Below, piece by piece: positions 34,900-43,184 of a DNA stretch of 64,000 nt. The stretch comes from Acidimicrobiales bacterium (lineage in GTDB: Bacteria; Actinomycetota; Acidimicrobiia; Acidimicrobiales; DASSOZ01). The stretch's first letter is position 1. Each line of letters opens with the position of its first letter. A model generated the notes under the pieces. The model searched no databases and was not told the DNA's origin. It worked only from the letters and a program-made list of their open reading frames with translations. A program made the position numbers and the translations under genes. The stretch is taken from assembly GCA_035700105.1 (NCBI GenBank), contig DASSOZ010000040.1, positions 3,957-67,956 of the forward strand. Reading direction: 5' to 3'.

Positions 34900-37101
34900 G
34901 TGCGCTGCATGAACGAACGACGAGAAGCGACGTTCCTCGGGCGGGTCGCGGCGTGGTGCTACGCCCGCCGCCGTCGCGTGGTGGCCGCGTGGGCCGCCCT
35001 GCTCATCACCGCGTCGATCGCGGCCGCCGTCGGTGGCGGCGAGCACCGTGTCGACTTCTCCATGCCGGGCAGCGACTCGAGCCGCGCGCTCGGCGTGCTG
35101 CGCGAGGAGCTCCCGACGCTCGCCGGCGGGACGATCGACGTCGTGTACCGCGCGGGCGACGTGCGGGCGCCGGCGATCGCGTCGCGAGTCGACCGCCTGG
35201 CGGGCGACATCGGCGCCGTCGACCACGTCGCCGGCGTGACGCCCGGGCCGGTGTCGGCCGACGGACGGACGGCGTTGCTGTCGGTGCACCTCGACGTCGC
35301 CGCCGAGAAGATGCCGGTCGCCGACACCGAGTCGATCCTGGCGTTGACGCGGGCGGCGTCGCGCGACGGACTGCGTGTCGAGGCCGGCGGCTTCGCGGTG
35401 ATGAACGCCGAGGGCAAGGAAGCCGGGTCGGAGGGCGTGGGCCTGCTCGCCGCCGCGGTGATCCTGCTGCTGGCGTTCGGCTCGGTGCTCGCGATGGGTA
35501 TGCCGATCGCCGTCGCCGTGTTCGCGCTGGGCGTCGCGCTCGGCGGCGTGGCGCTCATCGCCAACGTCCTCGTCGTGCCCGACTTCGCCACCGACCTGGC
35601 GACGATGATCGGCATCGGCGTCGGCATCGACTACGCGCTGTTCGTCCTCAACCGCTACCGCGCCGCACTGGCCGCGGGTGCGACGCCGCGTGACGCGGTG
35701 ATCGAGTCGGTGACGACGGCGGGCCGCGCCGTCGTGTTCGCCGGGACGACGGTCGTGATCGCGCTCTTCGGCCTGGTGTTCATGGGCCTCGACTACCTCT
35801 GGGGCGTCGCCGCGGCGACGTCGCTCGCCGTGCTCGTCGTCATGGTGGCGTCGCTCACGCTGCTGCCCGCGCTGCTCGGCTTCGCCGGGCGGGCGATCGA
35901 CCGGCTGCAGCTGCCGTGGCTGCGGGACCGCGCTGCACGCGAGGGTCGTCACACGATCGCGTGGCGCTGGAGCCGGGTCGTGCAGAACCGGCCGTGGGCG
36001 TCGGCGTTCGCCGCGCTGGTCGTGCTCGTCGCGCTGGCGGCGCCGTTCGGGTCGCTGCGCTTCGGTGAGCCCGACGCCGGCAACGGCGCCAAAGACCTCA
36101 CGAGCCGCCAGGCGTTCGACCTCGTGGCCGACGGGTTCGGCCCGGGCACCAACGGCCCGCTGGCCATGGCGGTCGAGCTGCCGTCGACGGCCGGCCGCGG
36201 CGCGGCAGCGCTCGCGTCGCTCTCCGGCGCGGTTGCGGGGACGCCGGGTGTCGCCGCGGTGCTGCCGCCGGTCCTCAGCGACGACGGCACCGCGGCGATG
36301 ATCGCCGTGATCCCGACAACGGGGCCGCAGGACGCGGCGACCGAGCGGCTCGTGCACCACCTGCGCGACGACGTCGTGCCGTCAGCGATCCGCGGCAGCG
36401 GTGTGACCGTGTCGATCGGCGGTCAGACGGCGACGTTCGTCGACGAGAGCGACTTCATGTCCGGGCGGTTGCCGTGGTTCATCGGCGCGGTGATCGCGCT
36501 GTCGTTCCTGCTGCTGCTCGTCGTGTTCCGTTCGGTGCTCGTCGCGGTGAAGGCGGCGATCATGAACCTGCTCTCCATCGGCGCGGCCTACGGCGTCATC
36601 GCGCTGGCCGCGACCGGCGGGTGGTTCGGCGAGCTGGTCGGCATCCACGACGCCACGCCGGTGCCGGTGTGGCTGCCGATGATGATGTTCGCCATGCTGT
36701 TCGGCCTCTCGATGGACTACGAGGTGTTCCTCCTGTCTCGCGTCCGCGAGGAGTACCTGCGCACTGGCGACAACCGGACCGCCGTCGCCGACGGGCTCGC
36801 GTCCACCGCCCGGGTCATCACCGCAGCGGCCGCGATCATGGTCACGGTGTTCGGTGCGTTCATCCTCGAGGACAACGCGCTGATGAAGCTCGCCGGTCTC
36901 GGTCTGGCGACGGCGATCTTCGTCGACGCCACCGTCGTCCGGATGGTGCTCGTGCCGGCGACGATGGAGCTCCTCGGTGACCGGAACTGGTGGCTCCCCC
37001 GCTGGCTCGACCGGCTGCTCCCCCGCCTCGACGTCGAAGGCGCATCGTCGGTCGACGTCGACGCCGAGGGTGTGAACGAGCGGGAGTTGATCGCCGCGTA
37101 G
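34900..37101 (+). CDS. MMPL family (RND superfamily) transporter, 733 aa
   Basis: ORF 34900..37101(+), GTG start; an ATG at 34909 is an alternative. Two blocks of about six TM helices each follow an extracytoplasmic domain. Typical MMPL motifs include GIGVGIDYALF and FGLSMDYEVFLLSR. Confidence 0.9.
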   Translation: MRCMNERREATFLGRVAAWCYARRRRVVAAWAALLITASIAAAVGGGEHRVDFSMPGSDSSRALGVLREELPTLAGGTIDVVYRAGDVRAPAIASRVDRLAGDIGAVDHVAGVTPGPVSADGRTALLSVHLDVAAEKMPVADTESILALTRAASRDGLRVEAGGFAVMNAEGKEAGSEGVGLLAAAVILLLAFGSVLAMGMPIAVAVFALGVALGGVALIANVLVVPDFATDLATMIGIGVGIDYALFVLNRYRAALAAGATPRDAVIESVTTAGRAVVFAGTTVVIALFGLVFMGLDYLWGVAAATSLAVLVVMVASLTLLPALLGFAGRAIDRLQLPWLRDRAAREGRHTIAWRWSRVVQNRPWASAFAALVVLVALAAPFGSLRFGEPDAGNGAKDLTSRQAFDLVADGFGPGTNGPLAMAVELPSTAGRGAAALASLSGAVAGTPGVAAVLPPVLSDDGTAAMIAVIPTTGPQDAATERLVHHLRDDVVPSAIRGSGVTVSIGGQTATFVDESDFMSGRLPWFIGAVIALSFLLLLVVFRSVLVAVKAAIMNLLSIGAAYGVIALAATGGWFGELVGIHDATPVPVWLPMMMFAMLFGLSMDYEVFLLSRVREEYLRTGDNRTAVADGLASTARVITAAAAIMVTVFGAFILEDNALMKLAGLGLATAIFVDATVVRMVLVPATMELLGDRNWWLPRWLDRLLPRLDVEGASSVDVDAEGVNERELIAA

Positions 37102-37110
37102 GGTTCCGGC

Positions 37111-38442
37111 GTGGAAGCCCGCTACACCAAGAGCGGCGATGTCAACATCGCGTACGGGGTCGCCGGCGACGGCGACCCCGACGTCGTGTTCATCCCGGGC
37201 TTCGTGTCGCACGTCGAGATGGCGTGGACCGAGCCGCCGTTCGGGCCGATCTGCCGGCGTCTGAGCTCGCTCGGCCGCCTCGTCCACTTCGACAAGCGCG
37301 GGACGGGCATGTCCGACCGCACGCCGATCGCCACGCTCGAGGAGCGCATGGACGACGTGCGGGCGGTGATGGACGCCGCCGGTGTCGAACGCGCCGCCCT
37401 CGTCGGCATCTCCGAGGGTGGCCCGATGTCGCTGCTGTTCGCGGCCACCTACCCCGAGCGCGTGTCGTCGCTGGTGCTGTGGGCGTCGAGCGCGTGCCTC
37501 CGGCCGGTGGCCGACGACTACCCCGTCCGACTGTCGGCGCGCTTCGCCGAACGCTTTCCGCGCTGGGTCGAGGAGAGGTGGGGCACGGGCGAGGTGATGG
37601 CGAACATCGTGCGCCACCATCCCGGCGGCGAGGAACGCCTGCGGGCGCGCACCGCGCGCTTCGAGCGCTACTTCGCCACGCCCGGTGCGGCACGCACCTT
37701 GTTCGAGATGAACTTCCAGATCGACGTGCGCCACGTGCTGCCGGCGGTGACGGTGCCCACGCTCGTCGTCCATCGAAGCGACGACCCCCTGGTGCCGGTT
37801 CCCCACGGGCGGTACCTCGCCGAGCATCTGCCGAACGTCACGTACGTCGAGCTCCCCGGCGACTACCACGTCGGTTCCGAGGAGGGCGACGACGACGACG
37901 TGCTCGACCAGATCGAGCGCTTCCTCACGGGCGGCGTCCGCACCGTCGACGATGACATCGACCGCGTCCTCAAGACGGTGCTGTTCACCGACATCGTCGA
38001 CTCGACCCGTCGCGCCGTCGAGCTCGGTGACCGCCGGTGGCGGGCGATGCTCGACGAGCACGACGCTGCGACCGCCGAGGAGGTGGCGCGCCATCGCGGT
38101 GAAGTCGTGAAGACGACCGGCGACGGCGTGCTCGCGGTGTTCGACGGACCGGCGCGGGCGATCCGCGCCGCGATCGCCGTGCGCGACCGGACGCGGCGGC
38201 TCGGCGTCCCGATCCGCGCCGGGCTGCACTGCGGCGAGTGCGAGGTGCGAGGCGACGACATCGGCGGCATCGCCGTCCACACCGGTTCGCGCATCGCGTC
38301 GCTCGCCGGCGCCGACGAGATCGTCGTGTCGAGCACGGTGCGCGACCTCGTCGCGGGGTCCGGTCTGCAGTTCGCCGACCGCGGGCGTCACGAGCTCAAG
38401 GGCATCCCCGGCTCGTGGGAGCTGCTCACGGTCGTCGCGTGA
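37111..38442 (+). CDS. alpha/beta-hydrolase domain fused to a class III adenylate/guanylate cyclase domain (LipJ-like), 443 aa
   Basis: ORF 37111..38442(+), GTG start. The hydrolase nucleophile elbow is GISEGG. Cyclase motifs are VLFTDIVDSTRR and KTTGDGVLAVF. Confidence 0.85.
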   Translation: MEARYTKSGDVNIAYGVAGDGDPDVVFIPGFVSHVEMAWTEPPFGPICRRLSSLGRLVHFDKRGTGMSDRTPIATLEERMDDVRAVMDAAGVERAALVGISEGGPMSLLFAATYPERVSSLVLWASSACLRPVADDYPVRLSARFAERFPRWVEERWGTGEVMANIVRHHPGGEERLRARTARFERYFATPGAARTLFEMNFQIDVRHVLPAVTVPTLVVHRSDDPLVPVPHGRYLAEHLPNVTYVELPGDYHVGSEEGDDDDVLDQIERFLTGGVRTVDDDIDRVLKTVLFTDIVDSTRRAVELGDRRWRAMLDEHDAATAEEVARHRGEVVKTTGDGVLAVFDGPARAIRAAIAVRDRTRRLGVPIRAGLHCGECEVRGDDIGGIAVHTGSRIASLAGADEIVVSSTVRDLVAGSGLQFADRGRHELKGIPGSWELLTVVA

Positions 38443-38444
38443 TC

Positions 38445-38491
38445 GAGATTGGGTGATTGCCGGGGCTATAGCCCGGCAATCACCCAATCTC
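38445..38491. repeat. 47-nt palindromic element, copy 2 of 2
   Basis: GAGATTGGGTGATT-GCCGGGGC-TATA-GCCCGGC-AATCACCCAATCTC. It lies exactly between the TGA of the cyclase gene (38440..38442) and the TGA of the convergent small gene (38490..38492). Confidence 0.8.
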
Positions 38492-38819
38492 ACTCGTCGT
38501 CGGCAGTCTCCCGCTCGAGGAGGCCGGCGGCGGCCGCCAGCGCGGTGGCCAGGCCGGCAGCGCGCTCGATCACCGCCGCGAGGTAGTGCTCGGCGACGGC
38601 GCCCTGACCCTGCAGCGGCGGGTCGCCGACGGAGTGGATGAACGCCGTGGGGTCACCGACGGGGCGGATCGGCGCCGGCGGCGGCAGCTGGGCGACGGGC
38701 CGCCAGAGCTCGGCCGGCTTCTGCGGGACCGCGGGCTTGCGGCGCCGTCGGTTGCGGTTGCTCTTGCGCTGCTGGCCGTTGTTCCCGCCGGCGGATCCGT
38801 TGTTGTTGCTGTCGCTCAC
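38490..38819 (-). CDS. hypothetical protein, 109 aa, translationally coupled to the SNF2 helicase
   Basis: ORF 38490..39278(-) trimmed to the GTG at 38819, which overlaps the helicase stop as GTGA. The N-terminus is Asn/Gly/Arg-rich (VSDSNNNGSAGGNNGQQRKSNRNRRRRK), the middle is Pro-rich, and the C-terminus looks helical. Confidence 0.55.
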   Translation of the reverse strand: MSDSNNNGSAGGNNGQQRKSNRNRRRRKPAVPQKPAELWRPVAQLPPPAPIRPVGDPTAFIHSVGDPPLQGQGAVAEHYLAAVIERAAGLATALAAAAGLLERETADDE

Positions 38820-41800
38820 TCGTCGTCCTCCGTGAGCAGCGTGTCGGTGCGAAGGCCGAGGGCGACGCGCAGCTGGTCGGCGTCGAGGTCGGCGAGCGAC
38901 GACGACTTCGGCAGCACGAGGTCGGCGATGTGGCGCTTGCCGGCGACGACCTCCTCCACGCGCTCGTCGACCGTGCCGGGGCACACGAGGCGGTGCGACA
39001 CGACCGTGCGCGTCTGACCGATGCGCCACGCCCGGTCGCGCGCCTGGTCCTCGACGGCGGGGTTCCACCACCGGTCGTACAGCACGACGTGCGACGCGGC
39101 CGTGAGGTTGAGCCCGGTGCCGCCGGCCTTCAGCGAGAGCACGAGCGCGCCGGGCCCGTCGCCGTGCTGGAAGTCGTGCACGAGCTTGTCGCGCGCACCG
39201 CGTGCGAGACCGCCGTGGTAGCAGGCGATGTCGACACCGGTGACCGACGTCAGGTGCTCGGCGAGGCGGACGCCCCACGTCGCGAAGTGCGTGAAGATCA
39301 GGATCCGCTCGCCGGCGGCGAACACCGACTCGACGATCTCCTCGAGCCGCGTGAGCTTTCCGGACCGACCGGCGAGCGGTCCCCCGTCGTCCTCATAGGC
39401 AACCGGATGGTTGCAGATCTGCTTCAGCGCGGTGATGGCGGCGAGGATCGCGCCCTGCTTGCGCTCGCCGGTCGCCTCGGCCTCGGCCGCGGTCGTGACG
39501 AGTCCGTCGAGCACCGCCTGGTACAAGCCGATCTGCTCCGCCGTCATCGTGCAGTGGTCGAGCTCGTCGATGCGGTCGGGCAGCTCGGCGGCCACGATGG
39601 GCTCGCTCTTGGTCCGGCGGAAGACGAGGATGCCGTTCAGCGCCCGCAGCGCGGCCTCGCCCTCGCCGGCGAGCTGGGCGATGAACGTCGAGCGGTTCCC
39701 GACGAGGCCGGGGTTGGTGTAGTCGAGGATCGCCCAGAGGTCGCCGAGGCCGTTCTCGATGGGCGTCCCCGTGAGCGCGATGCGGGTGCGGGCGTTGATG
39801 CGACGGAGCTGCTGCGCCGTCTCGTTGGCGGGGTTCTTGATGGCCTGCGCCTCGTCGAGGACGACCCGGTCCCATGTCTGCTCCGACAGCGCGTCCACAT
39901 CACGGACCGCCGTGCCGTACGTCGTGATGACGACGTCGGCACCGGCGATCTCGGTGTCGAGCTCGTCGGCGCTCGCACGCGAGGCGCCGTGGTGGACGAC
40001 GACCTTCAGCTGCGGCGTGAAACGCGCCGCCTCCGCCGCCCAGTTGCCCACGACTGCGGGTGGCGCGACGACGAGCGCCGGACCGTTGCCCGCGGTGCGC
40101 GCGAGCTGCGCGAGGATCGTCGGCGTCTTGCCGAGACCCATGTCGAGCGCGAGGCAGCCGCCGAGCTCGACGGCGTCGAGGAAGCCGAGCCACGCGAGCG
40201 CCTCCGCCTGGTAGCTGCGCAGCTCGCCCACGAAACCGTTCGGTTGCGTGTCGATCTCGGTCGTCGCGTCGCGCGCGCGGTCCAGCAGATCCGTCGCCCA
40301 GCCGCTGCCCTCGACGATGAGCCCCCCGCCGAGGCCGCCGCCCTCGAGGCCGACGGCGTGGCGCAGGATCTCGGCGCCGGTCATCTTCGTCTTCGACATG
40401 CGCTCGGCGAGCGCGGCGGCCGCCTCCTTCAGGTCGGCCTGGTCGAGCTCGACCCAGCGGCCGTGCGACTTCACGAGCGGGCGGGCCTCGGCGGCGAGGC
40501 GGGCGATGTCGGCGGCGGTCAGTTCGACGTCGTCGAACACCGCGGTCCAGCGGACGTTGGCGAGCTGGTGGGCGCCGACGACGCTGTCGCCGGTCGGCTC
40601 GGTGAACAGGCGCAGCGCCGGCGACGGCTTGCGGCGCGAGAGCGCCGGGACCTTCACGTCGAAGCCGGCGGCCTCGAGCGTCGCGCCCGTGACGGTCATC
40701 AGCTGCCACGCCTCGTCCTGGTTCAGGTACACCTGCCCGCGGCGCTGGCCGCCGGCGCGGAGCAGCACGGGGAGCAGGCGCTCGAGGCGGGCGAGCTCGT
40801 CGGCGAGCGGCTGGGTCGCCTTGCTGTCGCTCAGCGCCCGCTCGATCGGCAGCAGCCCGCCCTCGGCGCCCTTGCCGAGTACGCTCAGGAACCAGGCGCC
40901 GTCCTTGTCCGGCGGGTCGAGGGCGACGACGAGGCGGGTGCGCTGCGTCCCGGCGACGGGCTTGGCCCAGCGCTCGAGCCGCTTGGCGACCTCGGCACCG
41001 GCGGCGATCGGCGCGTCGAAGGTGGACCCGTCGAGGCGTGTGAGCACGGCTTCGGCGACGGCGCCCGCGGTGCGGGTGACCGGCGGCGGCGCCGGCAGCT
41101 CGAGTCGCCCGGCAGCCTCGCCCACGATGGCGTCGACGATCGTGCCGAGCACGTCGAGCGTGAGCGCCCGCGGGTCGGCAGACGCGAGCGCGGTGACCGG
41201 GCCGGGCATCGTCTTGGCCAGCTCGTCGAGCCGCTTCGAGTCGACGAGGGCAGGCACCCAGCGCACGGCGAGGTCGAGCGTCCTCGCGTCCTGGCGCTTG
41301 TCGCCCTTGAGCTGCGGCACGACGTTGCCCCGGCTGACGAGGCGGACGGCGTCGACCGCCACCTGGCCGAGCCAGTTGACGCTCGTGCCGATCCCCTCGC
41401 CGCCCAATCCGTTCCCGACGGCGACGAGCCAGCCGAGCGCCTCCTCGACGGGGATGCTCAGCGCCGCCGCCCTGGCACCCGTCGGCAGCGGAACCGGCCG
41501 GTGCTCGGCCCACCCGAGCTTCGGACCGCCGATGGCGGCGAGGCGCTCGTTGAGCTGCTCGGCGTTGGCCGGCGGCGCCGACGGACCCGCCGCCCACACG
41601 ACGATCTGGCCGTCGCGTCCGCTCTTGCCCCGCAGCCAGCTCGCCTGCAGGCGGACCTCGCCCGGCGGGTCGACGGCGACCACGACGTTGGTCGGGTCGG
41701 GCGCGCTGGTGAGCACGTCGTAGGCGGCCTCGAGGCGCGTGAGCTCACCCTCGAGGTCGGCGACGACCTGGTCGCGCTCGGGACCGGTCAGCCGGCGGGC

Positions 41801-41956
41801 GGCCTCGAGGTGGTCCTCGGTGTCGTCGAGCAGCCGGTCGAGCGTGCGGAGCCAGGCCCGCGGGTCCGCCTCGAGCAGCGTCATCTGTTCGGTGGTGGCG
41901 ACCCCCTCGACCGCCGCCCAGGCGGCGGCCTCGAGGACCTGTGTGCCGTGGTCCAT
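38816..41956 (-). CDS. SNF2-family DEAD/DEAH-box helicase (HelZ/RapA-like), 1046 aa
   Basis: ORF 38816..42556(-) trimmed to the ATG at 41956 (MDHGTQVLEAAAW...). Helicase motifs are LALDMGLGKTPT, DEAQAIKN, LTGTPIEN and SLKAGGTGLNLT...DRWWNPAVEDQARDRAWRIGQ. A unique N-terminal region of ~480 aa precedes them. Confidence 0.9.
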   Translation of the reverse strand: MDHGTQVLEAAAWAAVEGVATTEQMTLLEADPRAWLRTLDRLLDDTEDHLEAARRLTGPERDQVVADLEGELTRLEAAYDVLTSAPDPTNVVVAVDPPGEVRLQASWLRGKSGRDGQIVVWAAGPSAPPANAEQLNERLAAIGGPKLGWAEHRPVPLPTGARAAALSIPVEEALGWLVAVGNGLGGEGIGTSVNWLGQVAVDAVRLVSRGNVVPQLKGDKRQDARTLDLAVRWVPALVDSKRLDELAKTMPGPVTALASADPRALTLDVLGTIVDAIVGEAAGRLELPAPPPVTRTAGAVAEAVLTRLDGSTFDAPIAAGAEVAKRLERWAKPVAGTQRTRLVVALDPPDKDGAWFLSVLGKGAEGGLLPIERALSDSKATQPLADELARLERLLPVLLRAGGQRRGQVYLNQDEAWQLMTVTGATLEAAGFDVKVPALSRRKPSPALRLFTEPTGDSVVGAHQLANVRWTAVFDDVELTAADIARLAAEARPLVKSHGRWVELDQADLKEAAAALAERMSKTKMTGAEILRHAVGLEGGGLGGGLIVEGSGWATDLLDRARDATTEIDTQPNGFVGELRSYQAEALAWLGFLDAVELGGCLALDMGLGKTPTILAQLARTAGNGPALVVAPPAVVGNWAAEAARFTPQLKVVVHHGASRASADELDTEIAGADVVITTYGTAVRDVDALSEQTWDRVVLDEAQAIKNPANETAQQLRRINARTRIALTGTPIENGLGDLWAILDYTNPGLVGNRSTFIAQLAGEGEAALRALNGILVFRRTKSEPIVAAELPDRIDELDHCTMTAEQIGLYQAVLDGLVTTAAEAEATGERKQGAILAAITALKQICNHPVAYEDDGGPLAGRSGKLTRLEEIVESVFAAGERILIFTHFATWGVRLAEHLTSVTGVDIACYHGGLARGARDKLVHDFQHGDGPGALVLSLKAGGTGLNLTAASHVVLYDRWWNPAVEDQARDRAWRIGQTRTVVSHRLVCPGTVDERVEEVVAGKRHIADLVLPKSSSLADLDADQLRVALGLRTDTLLTEDDE

Positions 41957-42127
41957 GTGTCGGTGCTGCGGCGCCCTCTCGTGCGCCGGGCCGCCGTGCC
42001 GACGTGGCGTGGCAGCCGTTCCCTCGCGCTGGCGCTCGGTGCGGAGCGTCCTCGCCGGACTGCCCCACCACCCCTGCCGGGGCGCGTCGCCAGACGGCCA
42101 CCATTGTACTTCGTCCGCCGCCCTCAC

Positions 42128-42178
42128 CGAACTCGGCGTAGATCCGCACCGTATGGGTTCACATCTACGCCGAGTTCG
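42128..42178. terminator. 16-bp perfect inverted repeat with a 19-nt spacer, downstream of the aldo/keto reductase and upstream of the helicase
   Basis: CGAACTCGGCGTAGAT ... ATCTACGCCGAGTTCG. It could be a terminator for the reductase gene or an operator for the helicase promoter. Confidence 0.4.
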
Positions 42179-42192
42179 ATGGCGGTTCGTGA

Positions 42193-43122
42193 TCAGCCGG
42201 CGAGGAGGGCGTCGACCTCGGCCTTCTCCGCGGGCGTGAGCGTCCATCCCGCGGTCGCGGCGTTGGCGCGCGCCTGGTCGGGCTTCGTGGCCCCGGCGAT
42301 CACGGACGCGACCGTCGGCGTCGCGAACAGCCACGCGAACGCGAGGTCGAGCAGGGAGTGGCCGTGGTCGGCCGCCCATGCGGTGAGCCGGTCGACAGCG
42401 TCGAAGTTCTCGTCGGAAAGGAGCGTCTCGGCGCGAGGGCCCCACGCCGACAGCCGCGTTCCCTCGGGGGGCGCCGTCCCCCGCTCGTACTTGCCGGTGA
42501 GCAGACCGCTGGCCAGCGGGAAGTACGGGACGTAGGCGACGCCGAGCCGCTCGCACGCCGGGATGACGGTGTCCTCGTCGGCGCGGTGCAGCAGGTTGAA
42601 GTGGTTCTGCACACTCACGAAGCGGGCGCCGTCACCGGCCGCCGTCGCCGCCTCGTCGAGCTGATCGGCCGAGAAGTTCGAGCAGCCGATCTCGCGCACC
42701 TTTCCTTGGCGCACGAGCTCGTCGAGCGCGCCGAGCGTCTCGGCGACCGGTGTCTCGGGGTGCGGCTGATGGATCTGGTAGAGGTCGATGCGATCGGTCC
42801 GGAGTCGGGTGAGGCTGCGCTCCACGGCGCCGCGGATGTAGTCGCGCGTCGCCCGACCGGGCTGGTCGGCGCCGAGCGACGTCCCGAACTTCGTCGCCAG
42901 CACGACGCCGTCGCGGCGGTTGCCGTCGGCCAGGGCAGCAGCGATGCGCGGCTCGCTGTCGGCGTACGAGTCGGACGTGTCGAAGAAGTTGATGCCGGCG
43001 TCGAGGGCGGCGTCGACGACGGGCTTCACGTCCTCGGCCTGCATGCGGAACCCGAAGTTGTTCGTGCCGAGGCCGACGACCGACACCTCGAGCGACCCGA
43101 TGGTGCGCATCTCCATGCCCAC
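42193..43122 (-). CDS. aldo/keto reductase, 309 aa
   Basis: ORF 42193..43122(-). Met codons 3 or 5 are possible alternative starts. Motifs are FFDTSDSY, IDLYQIHQPH and GCSNF. Confidence 0.9.
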   Translation of the reverse strand: MGMEMRTIGSLEVSVVGLGTNNFGFRMQAEDVKPVVDAALDAGINFFDTSDSYADSEPRIAAALADGNRRDGVVLATKFGTSLGADQPGRATRDYIRGAVERSLTRLRTDRIDLYQIHQPHPETPVAETLGALDELVRQGKVREIGCSNFSADQLDEAATAAGDGARFVSVQNHFNLLHRADEDTVIPACERLGVAYVPYFPLASGLLTGKYERGTAPPEGTRLSAWGPRAETLLSDENFDAVDRLTAWAADHGHSLLDLAFAWLFATPTVASVIAGATKPDQARANAATAGWTLTPAEKAEVDALLAG

Positions 43123-43184
43123 GTCCTACCAGTGCCGGCGATCGGACCGCGCAAGACCGGCACCGCCCAGCCGTTCTCCCCTCG

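Noticed and set aside
42103-42108. TACAAT on the minus strand as a -10 box for the helicase gene.
   Set aside because: It is a perfect TAnnnT hexamer, but it lies 147 nt from the start codon, has no recognisable -35, and is one of few AT-rich hexamers around. That is too little to call a promoter without TSS data.
41957-42127. Possible upstream GTG start (42127) that would extend the SNF2 helicase by 57 aa. The in-frame region has fairly high third-position G/C.
   Set aside because: The added sequence (VRAADEVQWWPSGDAPRQGWWGSPARTL…) is Trp/Arg-rich and unlike any helicase N-terminus I know. The start would lie inside the 16-bp inverted repeat. I kept the ATG at 41956, but it should be verified with orthologs.
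38930-42535. 1201-aa plus-strand ORF, the longest in the track.
   Set aside because: It is the antisense shadow of the SNF2 helicase gene. The translation is dominated by Arg, Asp, Glu, Gly and Val with no recognisable motifs. The opposite strand carries a full set of helicase motifs. The same reasoning rejects 210..1400(+), 1825..3231(+), 5323..7212(+), 8178..9599(-), 9624..11288(+), 12401..14797(+), 15683..17137(+), 43026..45491(-), 24966..26615(-) and the many Arg/Pro-rich ORFs overlapping well-supported genes.
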